From contig QKEW01000011.1 in assembly GCA_003251635.1 (NCBI GenBank), forward strand, positions 39,411 through 103,410: a DNA stretch of 64,000 bases, in the 5' to 3' direction. Each line of letters opens with the position of its first letter. Position 1 is the stretch's first letter. The position numbers and the translations under genes are program-made. The notes under the pieces are model-generated. The model was not told the DNA's origin and made no database searches. It was given only the letters and a program-made list of their open reading frames with translations. Origin of the DNA: a bacterium (GTDB taxonomy: Bacteria; Patescibacteriota; Minisyncoccia; Moranbacterales; GWC2-37-73). Below are positions 26,721 through 35,756 of this stretch, in pieces.

Positions 26721-28577
26721 ATGGAGAAAAAAGAATCCGGTGAGTTTGAAAAATACCGCCAGGAAGTTGAAAAAGAGGTAGCGGCGGTCAAGATAAAAAT
26801 CGAAAAAGCCAGAAAGGAGTCCATTGGAATCAAATGGGCTGATTATGTTTTGGAAAAAATTCGCCAAGAGATTAAGGATAGTCTTGGCAGTGATTTGACC
26901 TTGAAAGATGATTTGATTGAATTGGTTTTGCCGCCCGCCCATGTTAAAGACGCTGATCTGTCTTGGGCGATTTTTGAGCTGGCTAAAAAAAATCAGGAAA
27001 ATCCAGCCAAGCTGGCAGAAAAAATTGCGCAAAAATTGAATGATTCCGAAGGTGATTTGATTGGAGAGGTTCAAACGGCCGGAGCTTTTGTTAATCTGAA
27101 ATTGCAAGTTGATAAGGTTTATTCTCAAATAATTTTGCAAATTTCCCGGTTAGGTGAAGACTATGGTCAAAGCGACTTGAATCAGGGAAAAGTGGCGGTG
27201 ATTGATTATTCCTCACCCAACATTGCCAAGCCGATCGGGGTGGGTCATTTGCGCTCCACTATTATTGGGCAAGCATTGGCTAATCTCTATCGTCGAACCG
27301 GCTATCAGGTTGTTTGTGATAATCACTTGGGAGATTGGGGCACCCAATTCGGCTCATTGATTTGGGCCTATCAAAATTGGGGCGACGAGGAAAAAATCGT
27401 TCAAAATCCAATTGAGGAATTGAAGAATCTCTATGTTAGGTTTCACGGTGAGTCTCAAGAAAAACCGGAAATTAAGGATGAAGCGCGCGAACTTTTTGCC
27501 CGATTGGAAAATGGTGATGCTAAAATGCTGGAACTTTGGAAACGTTTTCGAGATCTGAGCCTTCAGGATTTTGGTCGGGTCTATGAAAAATTGGGAGTGA
27601 AATTTGATTTGAATATTGGCGAAAGTTATTTTGTTGATCAGGCGGATGGATTGGTGGAGGAGTGTTTGAAAAAAGGCCTTTGCCAGAAAGCCCAAGACAG
27701 TGATGCGATTGTGGTTGAAGACTTGGACGGGTTGCCTTCATTTTTGCTGCGAAAAAATGATGGAACGAGCTTGTATTTATCACGTGACTTGGCGACCTTG
27801 ATTTTTCGTATCCAAAATTTTCAGCCCGAATCAATTCTCTATGTGGTTGGCAGCGAACAAGATTTAAATTTCAAACAATTTTTTGCTTTGGCTAAAAAGG
27901 CTGGTTATCTGTCAGACGGAGTTGAAGCTAAGCATATTAGCTTTGGTATGGTGACGGTGAATGGCAAGAAAATGTCGACTCGTCGGGGAACTTTGATTGA
28001 GTTGGATAAATTGATGGCTGAGTCGATTCAAAAATCGCGAGAGATTTTGCAAACCAAAGGCGAAGAGACTGACCCGGTTGAGTTGGAAAAAACAGCTGAA
28101 GTGGTTGGAATCGGGGCGATTATTTATAATGATCTGCGTCAATCTCGAGTTAAAAACATTTCTTTTGATTGGAAAAGGATGCTGGATCTGGAAGGAGCCA
28201 GTGCGGTTTATTTGCAATATTCCTATGTTCGAATTCAGTCGATTTTACGCAAGGCAACTGATGGATTTTCAGGCGATTTTGAGCAAAAGATTGAAAGGGC
28301 TAATTTTGAAAAGAGGTGCGAATTTGATTTGGCTCGCAAGCTGATGTTTTTTCCTGAAATTATCGCTAGGGCGCAAAAGACAGACGGTCCGCATCATTTG
28401 TGCGGTTATCTGGAGGAGTTGGCCATTTTGTTTAACAGTTTTTATAATGAAGTTCCGATTTTGAAAACTGAAGATGAGATTTTGCGCAGTTCTCGCTTGA
28501 GTTTGAGTTGGAGCGTGAGCAAGGTTTTGAAAATTGGTCTAAATTTGCTTAGTATTGATTTGCCGGAAAGGATGTAA
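26721..28577 (+). CDS. argS: Arginine--tRNA ligase
   Basis: Class I HIGH-region analogue PNIAKPIGVGHLRSTIIG, the MSTRRG (KMSKS-equivalent) motif, and a C-terminal DALR anticodon-binding domain. 618 aa. Confidence 0.85.
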   Translation: MEKKESGEFEKYRQEVEKEVAAVKIKIEKARKESIGIKWADYVLEKIRQEIKDSLGSDLTLKDDLIELVLPPAHVKDADLSWAIFELAKKNQENPAKLAEKIAQKLNDSEGDLIGEVQTAGAFVNLKLQVDKVYSQIILQISRLGEDYGQSDLNQGKVAVIDYSSPNIAKPIGVGHLRSTIIGQALANLYRRTGYQVVCDNHLGDWGTQFGSLIWAYQNWGDEEKIVQNPIEELKNLYVRFHGESQEKPEIKDEARELFARLENGDAKMLELWKRFRDLSLQDFGRVYEKLGVKFDLNIGESYFVDQADGLVEECLKKGLCQKAQDSDAIVVEDLDGLPSFLLRKNDGTSLYLSRDLATLIFRIQNFQPESILYVVGSEQDLNFKQFFALAKKAGYLSDGVEAKHISFGMVTVNGKKMSTRRGTLIELDKLMAESIQKSREILQTKGEETDPVELEKTAEVVGIGAIIYNDLRQSRVKNISFDWKRMLDLEGASAVYLQYSYVRIQSILRKATDGFSGDFEQKIERANFEKRCEFDLARKLMFFPEIIARAQKTDGPHHLCGYLEELAILFNSFYNEVPILKTEDEILRSSRLSLSWSVSKVLKIGLNLLSIDLPERM

Positions 28578-28617
28578 TTTTTCCACAATTATTGTGATTT
28601 AAATTAGTTTTGAAGAT

Positions 28618-29799
28618 ATGAAAAAAAAGAAACAGCGAAAAAAAGATTTGCTGGCCACCTTTTTTCTAATAGGCTGCGCTTTGTTTAGCTTGGGGGCCTA
28701 TTATTTTTTGGCGAGTGAAAAAAAGACTAATATTTTAGACGGTCGCGAAGTTGAAATTGAAAATATTGAACAAAGCGGATTGGGAATAATGGATGAAATT
28801 GAAGAGGAAATTCTGGAAAACGATGCTGAAAATTTACAAGTAATTGAATTGGATGAAGAAAGTGAAACGGAGACGGAAAATCCAGCAATAGAAGTGGGAG
28901 GATTGGAGGTGGATGAATCTTTGATTGGAGATAATGTTCTTTTTCCGGCCAGGGCTTTCTCGGTCCCTAAAGTCAAAAGAAATGATCCAGATGAAATTCG
29001 AATCGGTTTTATTACTGATTTGCATGTTCGCAGTGATGCGGATGAGATTGGCAATCGTTATTTTAAGCAAAGATTTACTGATCGAATCAACTATTTTGTG
29101 GAAAAAATGAATGATGATTTTGTGCCCAATTTTATTTTGGTTGATGGGGATTTGATTGAAGGCACCAATGTTTCTCCGGACAAGGGTTTTGTGGAGTTGT
29201 CTTTAATAAAGCAACTTTTTGATCAAACTATTTTGTCAAAATATTGGGTGATTGGTAATCATGATTTGCGCTCGGTAAACAAAGAACAATTCAAAAAAGC
29301 TTTGGATATTGATTATACTAGTAAAGCTTTTGAAGTTGGAAATTATAAGATTATAATTTTGGATAGTAATTTTGATGAAAATGACGAAGATATTGTTCCG
29401 GGTGAATATTATACGCGCGGGCATCTGTCCCAATATCAGATTAATTTTCTCGAGAATGAGTCGAAAAATACCGACAAGCGAGTTTTGGTTTTTGTTCATC
29501 ATCCAATACTGTGGGATATGAACGGCTTGTCTAATAACAAGTTTCCAGATAATACACTGAAAGTTCGGGAAATTTTTTCTGAAAATAGCGTCCTGGGAGT
29601 TTTCTCTGGGCATATCGAAGATTTATTTTTTGGTAAAATGGACGGAGTGAACTATTTCGTTTCACCTGGAATTGAGAAAAATGAGAAATACCAAGGAACT
29701 TTCTGTGAAATTACCATCAAAAAAAGCAAAATAACCATTGAAATGACTTATCTGAAAAAAGGTAAATATAAAACTGTGAAAATTGAAAGAGAGGAATAA
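28618..29799 (+). CDS. Membrane-anchored calcineurin-like metallophosphoesterase
   Basis: N-terminal TM. Metal-binding motifs GFITDLH, VDGDLIEG, VIGNHD, VFVHHP and GHIE. Confidence 0.75.
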   Translation: MKKKKQRKKDLLATFFLIGCALFSLGAYYFLASEKKTNILDGREVEIENIEQSGLGIMDEIEEEILENDAENLQVIELDEESETETENPAIEVGGLEVDESLIGDNVLFPARAFSVPKVKRNDPDEIRIGFITDLHVRSDADEIGNRYFKQRFTDRINYFVEKMNDDFVPNFILVDGDLIEGTNVSPDKGFVELSLIKQLFDQTILSKYWVIGNHDLRSVNKEQFKKALDIDYTSKAFEVGNYKIIILDSNFDENDEDIVPGEYYTRGHLSQYQINFLENESKNTDKRVLVFVHHPILWDMNGLSNNKFPDNTLKVREIFSENSVLGVFSGHIEDLFFGKMDGVNYFVSPGIEKNEKYQGTFCEITIKKSKITIEMTYLKKGKYKTVKIEREE

Positions 29800-29822
29800 A
29801 TCTTTTTTCTGGCCTTTTATTC

Positions 29823-29850
29823 TTGACATTTTCAAAAGACCTGTTAATAT
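29823..29850 (+). promoter_or_regulatory. Strong sigma-70 promoter (TTGACA, 16 nt, TGtTAATAT extended -10) driving the ncRNA candidate
   Basis: The -35 lies at 29823-29828. The TGn at 29842-29843 plus TAATAT at 29845-29850 form an extended -10. Confidence 0.6.
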
Positions 29851-29857
29851 AGTTGCA

Positions 29858-30210
29858 GATCTTTTTCATAACGAGGTCGTGGCCTTTGGTCACGGTTTTA
29901 TCTAGTGATCGGGGGCTCTTCGGGTAGGGGGGATTGCTAGATAAAATGGAATTGGGTGTGTCTAGGTTTATTTTTTAGCTCATCCAATTCTACCTCGGCC
30001 GTTTAAAGTCTTGCTTGCGCGCTATTACTTCCAAACCGTTCGGTTGTTCGATTAACAACACCTGCTAGCGGAATTGGTCTGTTAGAGGGGTGTGCGAAGT
30101 GTGCGCGCAAGCAAGTTAATGAAAAAACAAACCTTGATAGGTCAACATGGGGTTCATGATTTGAACCCGTAATGTTATCGTTGAAGCTATCAAGGTTTTT
30201 ATTTTTGCTT
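29858..30210 (+). ncRNA. Structured ncRNA candidate of about 350 nt, family unassigned. It is GC-rich and multi-domain, bounded by its own promoter and an intrinsic terminator.
   Basis: Nested long-range helices: CGAGGT/ACCTCG (29872-77 with 29993-98), ATCTAG/CTAGAT, a 13-bp helix CTTGCTTGCGCGC/GCGCGCAAGCAAG (30001-13 with 30093-105), and an 11-bp terminal helix AACCTTGATAG/CTATCAAGGTT (30140-50 with 30188-98) followed by TTTTATTTTT. A C-UUCG-G tetraloop is present. No long ORF in sense. GC is well above the window average. Strand is inferred from the promoter and terminator. Confidence 0.5.
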
Positions 30211-30254
30211 GAAACCCTTGGGACCTTTTGAGGATTTTGAAAAAATGATATAAT

Positions 30255-31382
30255 TTGAACATGAAAATCGGAATTGATGCGCGTTTTTTCGGACCCATTG
30301 GCAAGGGTCTGGGACGCTATGCGCAAAAACTAATTGAAAATCTGGAGAAAGTTGATCAGGAAAATGACTATGTCATTTTTTTGCGCAAGGAAAATTTTGC
30401 CGACTATGTGCCAAAATCACCAAACTTTAAGAAGGTCTTAGCTGATTATCGCTGGTATGGTTTTGGTGAACAACTTTTTTTTCCAATTTTGCTCTATCGG
30501 CAACGTCTGGATGTCATGCATTTTCCGCATTTCAATGTCCCGCTTTTGTATCGCAAAAAAATAATAGTGACCATTCATGATCTGATTTTGTTGCATTTCC
30601 CAACTTTGCGAGGCACAACCTTGAGCCCGCTTTGGTATAAGATAAAATTTTTAGCCTACAAGCTAACGATCGGATCTGCTTTGCGTCGAGCCCGAAAAAT
30701 TATTGCAGTTTCCCAGTCGACTAAAAAAGACATTTTGAAAAATTATTCGATAAGTCCGGAAAAAATTGATGTGACTCATGAGGCGGTTGATCCTCTTTGC
30801 TATTTTTCGCTAGAGTCGACAGATAAAGTTTTGGAAAGATATGGAATAATTGGCCCCTATCTTCTCTATGTTGGCAATGCTTATCCGCATAAAAATTTGG
30901 AAAAATTGATCGAGGTTTTTGCTCGGTTGAGAAAAAATAAATCTGAAATGAATTTAGTTTTGGTTGGAAAGGAAGATTTTTTTTATCGACGACTCAAGGA
31001 GTTGGTCGAGAAAAATGAAATCAAGGGGGTGATTTTTCCTGGGTTTATTTCAGATGAGGATTTGAGTTCGGTTTATCGCCGGTGTGAAGCCTATGTTTTT
31101 CCTTCTTTGTATGAGGGGTTTGGTTTGCCGCCGTTGGAAGCAATGCTTTTGGGGGTGCCAGTTTTGAGCAGCGATCATTTTTGTATGAAAGAGGTTTTAG
31201 GCGAAAGTGCACTTTTTTGTGACGCAAAAAATAACGAATCATTATTGAAAGGCCTGGAAAGAATAATAGATGATCAAGCTCTGCGAAAGAATTTGATTGA
31301 AAAAGGTTATCTCCAGAGTCTTTTATATAGTTGGCAACAGATGGCTGGGCAAACGCAAAAAAATTACCAGGAAATAAAATAA
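30255..31382 (+). CDS. Glycosyltransferase, family 4
   Basis: YVFPSLYEGFGLPPLEAMLLGVPVLSSD (EX7E motif). The track start is a TTG; ATG 30261 (MKIGIDARFF) is more likely. Confidence 0.8.
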   Translation: MNMKIGIDARFFGPIGKGLGRYAQKLIENLEKVDQENDYVIFLRKENFADYVPKSPNFKKVLADYRWYGFGEQLFFPILLYRQRLDVMHFPHFNVPLLYRKKIIVTIHDLILLHFPTLRGTTLSPLWYKIKFLAYKLTIGSALRRARKIIAVSQSTKKDILKNYSISPEKIDVTHEAVDPLCYFSLESTDKVLERYGIIGPYLLYVGNAYPHKNLEKLIEVFARLRKNKSEMNLVLVGKEDFFYRRLKELVEKNEIKGVIFPGFISDEDLSSVYRRCEAYVFPSLYEGFGLPPLEAMLLGVPVLSSDHFCMKEVLGESALFCDAKNNESLLKGLERIIDDQALRKNLIEKGYLQSLLYSWQQMAGQTQKNYQEIK

Positions 31383-31395
31383 AAACAGAAAGATT

Positions 31396-33969
31396 GTGAG
31401 CAAGAAAAGAATAATAAAACCTATGTTTGATATTCGTCCGGTTGATCCTAAGACCGGTGATTTGGATTGGGAAAAAATAAGAAAAGTTAGTCAAAATGCC
31501 AACATTAGGAATTTTGTTCGTGAATATAATAAAAGCGCAAAACCCAGCTCGGCTGATCTTTCGAAAAAAAATCTTGAAAATGGTTCCAGGGAAAAAATAA
31601 ATAAAAAAACCTCCAAAGATAATAAATTCCAAAAAATTAAAGAGGTGGCTCGAAATCAGGAGAATATAGATAATGCTCCGCCAGTTCATCCAGCCTTTTT
31701 TGATAAAAAGAGAAAAACAGTCCCAGCTGCCAAATTGGATCGCATAAGAAAAAGGGCGGAAAAAAAGTTTCTAAAAAGTCAAAAAAATCAAGAAAAATTT
31801 GCTCGCAACTTTCATAAAAGAAAAGAGAAAGAACGAAAACGATTTGAAAAACAACTTTCTCACGAAGAAAAGAAGAAAAATAAAAAATTATCCAAGTTTG
31901 AAAAAAAGAACCCTCAAAAAGATTCGATCGGCCGCCTTTTTTTCGAGGACATGGCATTTTCTTTCAAAAAAGAAAGTCGTGGAAACCAAAAGAGTTTTAG
32001 GATTTTTATCGTTTTGCTTTTATTTTTTGCTTTACTGATTGGTTTGCTTTCTTTGGGTTACTGGGGATTAAAGATAAAAAACAACGCTTTAATTTTTAGT
32101 CAGGACGGATATTTCAATATAAAATTAGCCGTAAGTCAGGTTAGTCGGCAAAACTTTGAAGACTCTCAGAAAAATTTTTCACAGGCTGCCATTTCCTTCC
32201 AAAAAGCTTCAGAGGAGGTCGGTCAGATGGGAACTGTCGTGGAAAAAGTTTCTCGTTTCTTTCCCTATCTTTCCAAAGTTTCTTCTGCTAAGAATGTTTT
32301 AGAGGCGGCTAATCATCTTTCTTTGGCTGGAACTAAAATCAACGAAATTGTCGAGGAGGTTTTTGCGCTCAAGAATCTTTCGGATAAAGGACAGATTTCC
32401 ATGTTGGAAGAGTTGAAGAAAGCGACTTTGAAGTTGGAGACAGTGCGATCCGAGTTGTCAGTGGCTCAGAAAAATATCGATTTGGTTAAAGTGGATGATT
32501 TGCCTGAAGAATTTCGAGAAAAGTTTGTTTTACTAAAAACCGAATTGCCAGACATGATCAGTTTGACGGATTCCTTTTTGAATAATGGTTATATTTTTTC
32601 CGACATGCTTGGTAGTCAAGGCCCGCGAAAATATCTATTTTTATTTCAAAACAACAATGAGATGAGAGCTACGGGCGGATTTATCGGAAGTTATGGTCTT
32701 TTGGATATTTCCAATGGTCGAGTGAAAAATTTTTTTATTGACGGGATTTTTAATCCGGATGGACAATTGATTGATAAGGTTGTTCCGCCAGAGCCAATTC
32801 AGAAGATTAGTGCCGCTTGGAGTTTGCACGATAGTAATTGGTTTGCTGATTTTCCAACTTCAGCTCAGGAGGCGATTGTGTTTTACGAGAAAACCGGTGG
32901 TCCAACCGTTGATGGCGTGATCACCTTGACGCCGACAGTTTTGCAAAAATTATTGAAAGTCACCGGGCCAATTGAAATGCCTGACTATGATGTGATTTTA
33001 GATAGTGATAATTTCATAGAAAAAACCCAATATGAAGTTGAAGTTGATTATGATAAAGAAGAAAATAAGCCCAAAGAAATTTTATCTGATCTGGCTCCAA
33101 TATTGTTGGATAGAATTTCCAAAACAACTGAGCCGGAAAAGGTTTTGGGATTTTTGAAGGTTTTATCGGATAGTCTCAAGGAAAAACACATTTTGATTTA
33201 TTCGGAGAATGCTGATTTGCAAAAAATAATTTCCCAGCAGGGCTGGTCGGGTGAAATTCTTGATTCTCAAAAAGATTACCTGAGTGTGGTAAACACGAAT
33301 ATAAATGGATTCAAAACGGATGGAGTTATTGAGGAAGATATTAATCAGGAGGTTGAAATTTCTGATGACGGGTCGATTGTGGATACGGTTTCCATTACGC
33401 GGCGGCATAATGGCGGAGACACTCCCTATGAATGGTGGAACAAGGTTAATGCTAATTATTTAAGAATTTATGTCCCCTTAGATTCGGAGCTGATTAGCGT
33501 TGAAGGCCAAACTCGCGAATTTGTTGAGCCGCCTTTGGATTATGACAAACTGGGATTCAAACGAGACGAAGCGGTTCAGCAAGAAGCAGATTCTATTTTA
33601 CTCGACGAGCAAACTAACACGCGAATTTATCAGCAAAATGGCAAGACGGTTTTTGCTAATTGGACTTATGTTAGTCCAGGAGAAGAAGTAACAGTGGTTT
33701 ATAAATATAAATTACCTTTCCGTCTTTTTTCAGCCATGTTCAATTCTTCCTTAAAAAATCAGGTTGATTCCTACTCATTATTAGTGCAAAAACAATCCGG
33801 TAGCTTGGGAAGTGATTTCAATTTGAATTTAACCTATCCTTCAAACTATCAAATTGATTGGACTCAACCGAATAATTCTTCTCAGGAAAGTCAGACTTTT
33901 TCATTGACTGAAAAGCTGGATATTGATAGATTTATCGGAGTTGTTTTTGAGAAAGATTTGGAAAATTAA
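31396..33969 (+). CDS. DUF4012 domain protein with a long lysine-rich cytoplasmic N-terminal tail and a TM anchor
   Basis: DUF4012 signature LFLFQNNNEMRATGGFIGSYGLLDISNG. Residues 40-190 are highly basic (KKRK.., KEKERKRFEK.., KKKNKKLSKFEKK). TM helix IFIVLLLFFALLIGLLSLGYW. GTG start; the ATG at 31423 is an alternative start. Confidence 0.75.
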   Translation: MSKKRIIKPMFDIRPVDPKTGDLDWEKIRKVSQNANIRNFVREYNKSAKPSSADLSKKNLENGSREKINKKTSKDNKFQKIKEVARNQENIDNAPPVHPAFFDKKRKTVPAAKLDRIRKRAEKKFLKSQKNQEKFARNFHKRKEKERKRFEKQLSHEEKKKNKKLSKFEKKNPQKDSIGRLFFEDMAFSFKKESRGNQKSFRIFIVLLLFFALLIGLLSLGYWGLKIKNNALIFSQDGYFNIKLAVSQVSRQNFEDSQKNFSQAAISFQKASEEVGQMGTVVEKVSRFFPYLSKVSSAKNVLEAANHLSLAGTKINEIVEEVFALKNLSDKGQISMLEELKKATLKLETVRSELSVAQKNIDLVKVDDLPEEFREKFVLLKTELPDMISLTDSFLNNGYIFSDMLGSQGPRKYLFLFQNNNEMRATGGFIGSYGLLDISNGRVKNFFIDGIFNPDGQLIDKVVPPEPIQKISAAWSLHDSNWFADFPTSAQEAIVFYEKTGGPTVDGVITLTPTVLQKLLKVTGPIEMPDYDVILDSDNFIEKTQYEVEVDYDKEENKPKEILSDLAPILLDRISKTTEPEKVLGFLKVLSDSLKEKHILIYSENADLQKIISQQGWSGEILDSQKDYLSVVNTNINGFKTDGVIEEDINQEVEISDDGSIVDTVSITRRHNGGDTPYEWWNKVNANYLRIYVPLDSELISVEGQTREFVEPPLDYDKLGFKRDEAVQQEADSILLDEQTNTRIYQQNGKTVFANWTYVSPGEEVTVVYKYKLPFRLFSAMFNSSLKNQVDSYSLLVQKQSGSLGSDFNLNLTYPSNYQIDWTQPNNSSQESQTFSLTEKLDIDRFIGVVFEKDLEN

Positions 33970-33975
33970 ATAAAT

Positions 33976-35619
33976 ATGATCAGTAAATTAGCGAAAAACA
34001 ATTTTTTTAATGGCCGAGCTATCGGATCAATTGTGCAAGCTGCCATGATAATTTCTTTGATGGGAATAGCCAGTCGAGTCCTGGGTCTTTTTCGTGATCG
34101 AATCTTGGCTTCAACTTTTGGCGCTGGAGACATTTTGGATGCTTACTACGCTGCTTTTCGGGTTCCTGATTTGATTTATAGTCTTTTGATTTCCGGAGCT
34201 TTGAGCGCAGCTTTTATTCCGGTTTTTACTCAATTGATTTCTCATGGAAAAGAAAAGAAAGCTTGGGATTTAGCCAGTGGTATTTTGAATATCCAAATTG
34301 TTTTTATGGGTCTTTTGGCTTTGATTTTGTCCTTGTTTGCACCTTTTCTGATGAAATTGATCACACCTGGTTTTGAGGGTCCGAAAATGGATCTGACCGT
34401 TAACTTAACCAGAATCATGTTTTTAAGTCCGATAATTTTGGGGATTAGCGGAATTTTTGGCGGAATTCTAGTTTCGATGAAGAAATTTTTTGTCTATTCT
34501 TTGGCGCCGATAATGTATAATTTAGGAATAATTTTCGGGGCGGTTTTTTTGGTTAAGATTTTGGGTCCAGCTGGTTTGGCCTGGGGTGTGGTTTTAGGGG
34601 CTGTTCTTCATATGCTAATTCAATATCCAGCGGTAAAATTTTCCGGTTTCAATTTGAGGGTGAATTTTTCCCAGATTTTTCACAGCAAAGAAGCTTTGCA
34701 AATTTTCCACTTGATGATTCCAAGAGTGTTGGGGGTAGCCATAAACCAGGTTAATTTTTTGGTTATTACGATTTTTGCCTCAACTTTGGCGGCGGGCAGT
34801 TTGGCTATTTTTAATTTTGCTAACAATATCCAAAGCGTACCCCTGGGTCTTTTTGGAATATCTTTTGCCATTGCAGCTTTTCCAACTTTAAGTACCCATT
34901 ATGCCAAAAATGAGGAGAAAGAATTTATCAATGTTTTTTCTAAAACTTTGCGCCAAATTCTTTTTTTTGTGATTCCTTTCAGTGTTTTGATTTATGTGCT
35001 TAGAGCTCAAATTGTTCGGGTTATTTTGGGTAGTGGAAATTTTGACTGGGAAGATACGATTTTAACTTTCAACACGCTGGGAATTTTGGCCTTGAGTTTA
35101 TTTGCCCAATCCTTGATTCCGCTTTTAGCTCGGGCTTTTTATGCTATTTGCAATACCAAGACACCTTTTTATGTGGCGCTTTTTTCCGAAGCGATTAACA
35201 TTGCTCTGGTTGTTTGGCTTATCGGTGAGTATAAAATTTTGGGTCTGGCCATAGCTTTTTCAGTCTCCAGTTTGGTCAACATGCTTTTGTTGGTTGTTTT
35301 GTTGGGTAAAAAATTTCATTACTTAAAAGAAATTAATAGCAAACAAACAATTTTAAAGATAATTTTGGCTTCTTTGCTGGCTGGCTTGGCGGCTCAAATT
35401 GGAAAAATTTTAGTTGGGACGCGAGGCGAGCTGGATACTTTTTTGGAAATCCTAGTTCAGCTGATTTTGGCTGGAGGACTAGGTTTTGGAATCTTTGCTA
35501 TAAGTTGCTATTTTTTAAAGGTGGAAGAATTTTTCAGTTTTGCCAATTCGATCGGTCGAAAAATTTTTCGAAGTAAAAAATACATAAATGAAAGCACAAC
35601 GGATGTTACGGGACTTTAG
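33976..35619 (+). CDS. murJ: Lipid II flippase MurJ (MviN)
   Basis: FGAGDILDAYYAAFRVPDLIYSLLISGALSAAFIPVF is the MurJ N-terminal signature. About 14 TM helices. Confidence 0.85.
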   Translation: MISKLAKNNFFNGRAIGSIVQAAMIISLMGIASRVLGLFRDRILASTFGAGDILDAYYAAFRVPDLIYSLLISGALSAAFIPVFTQLISHGKEKKAWDLASGILNIQIVFMGLLALILSLFAPFLMKLITPGFEGPKMDLTVNLTRIMFLSPIILGISGIFGGILVSMKKFFVYSLAPIMYNLGIIFGAVFLVKILGPAGLAWGVVLGAVLHMLIQYPAVKFSGFNLRVNFSQIFHSKEALQIFHLMIPRVLGVAINQVNFLVITIFASTLAAGSLAIFNFANNIQSVPLGLFGISFAIAAFPTLSTHYAKNEEKEFINVFSKTLRQILFFVIPFSVLIYVLRAQIVRVILGSGNFDWEDTILTFNTLGILALSLFAQSLIPLLARAFYAICNTKTPFYVALFSEAINIALVVWLIGEYKILGLAIAFSVSSLVNMLLLVVLLGKKFHYLKEINSKQTILKIILASLLAGLAAQIGKILVGTRGELDTFLEILVQLILAGGLGFGIFAISCYFLKVEEFFSFANSIGRKIFRSKKYINESTTDVTGL

Positions 35620-35756
35620 GGATTTTTTGCGGATAATCTTTTAGCTATTTCATGCTTTCTTTTTTGTTTTTTTAGTTTTTTGAATTTTGTGCTAAAATAA
35701 TATTGAAAGTCAGCTCGATTTTTGTCTGATTTGAAATAAAAAGTAAAAGGAAAAGC

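Noticed and set aside
30026-30046. tRNA-like T-arm (GTTGT-TCGATTA-ACAAC) inside the ncRNA candidate, and the possibility that the region is RNase P RNA
   Set aside because: The loop does not fit the T-psi-C-R-A pattern, and no acceptor or anticodon arms can be built. The RNase P P4 consensus strands (GGAAAGUCCGG / ACAGAACCCGGCUUA) are absent. The family is therefore left unassigned.
30003-30326. Minus-strand ORFs 30003..30326 and 30116..30304 across the GC-rich region
   Set aside because: They overlap the structured-RNA candidate. Their frames stay open because of the GC-rich, stop-poor sequence. They have no RBS or start context and no protein-like composition.
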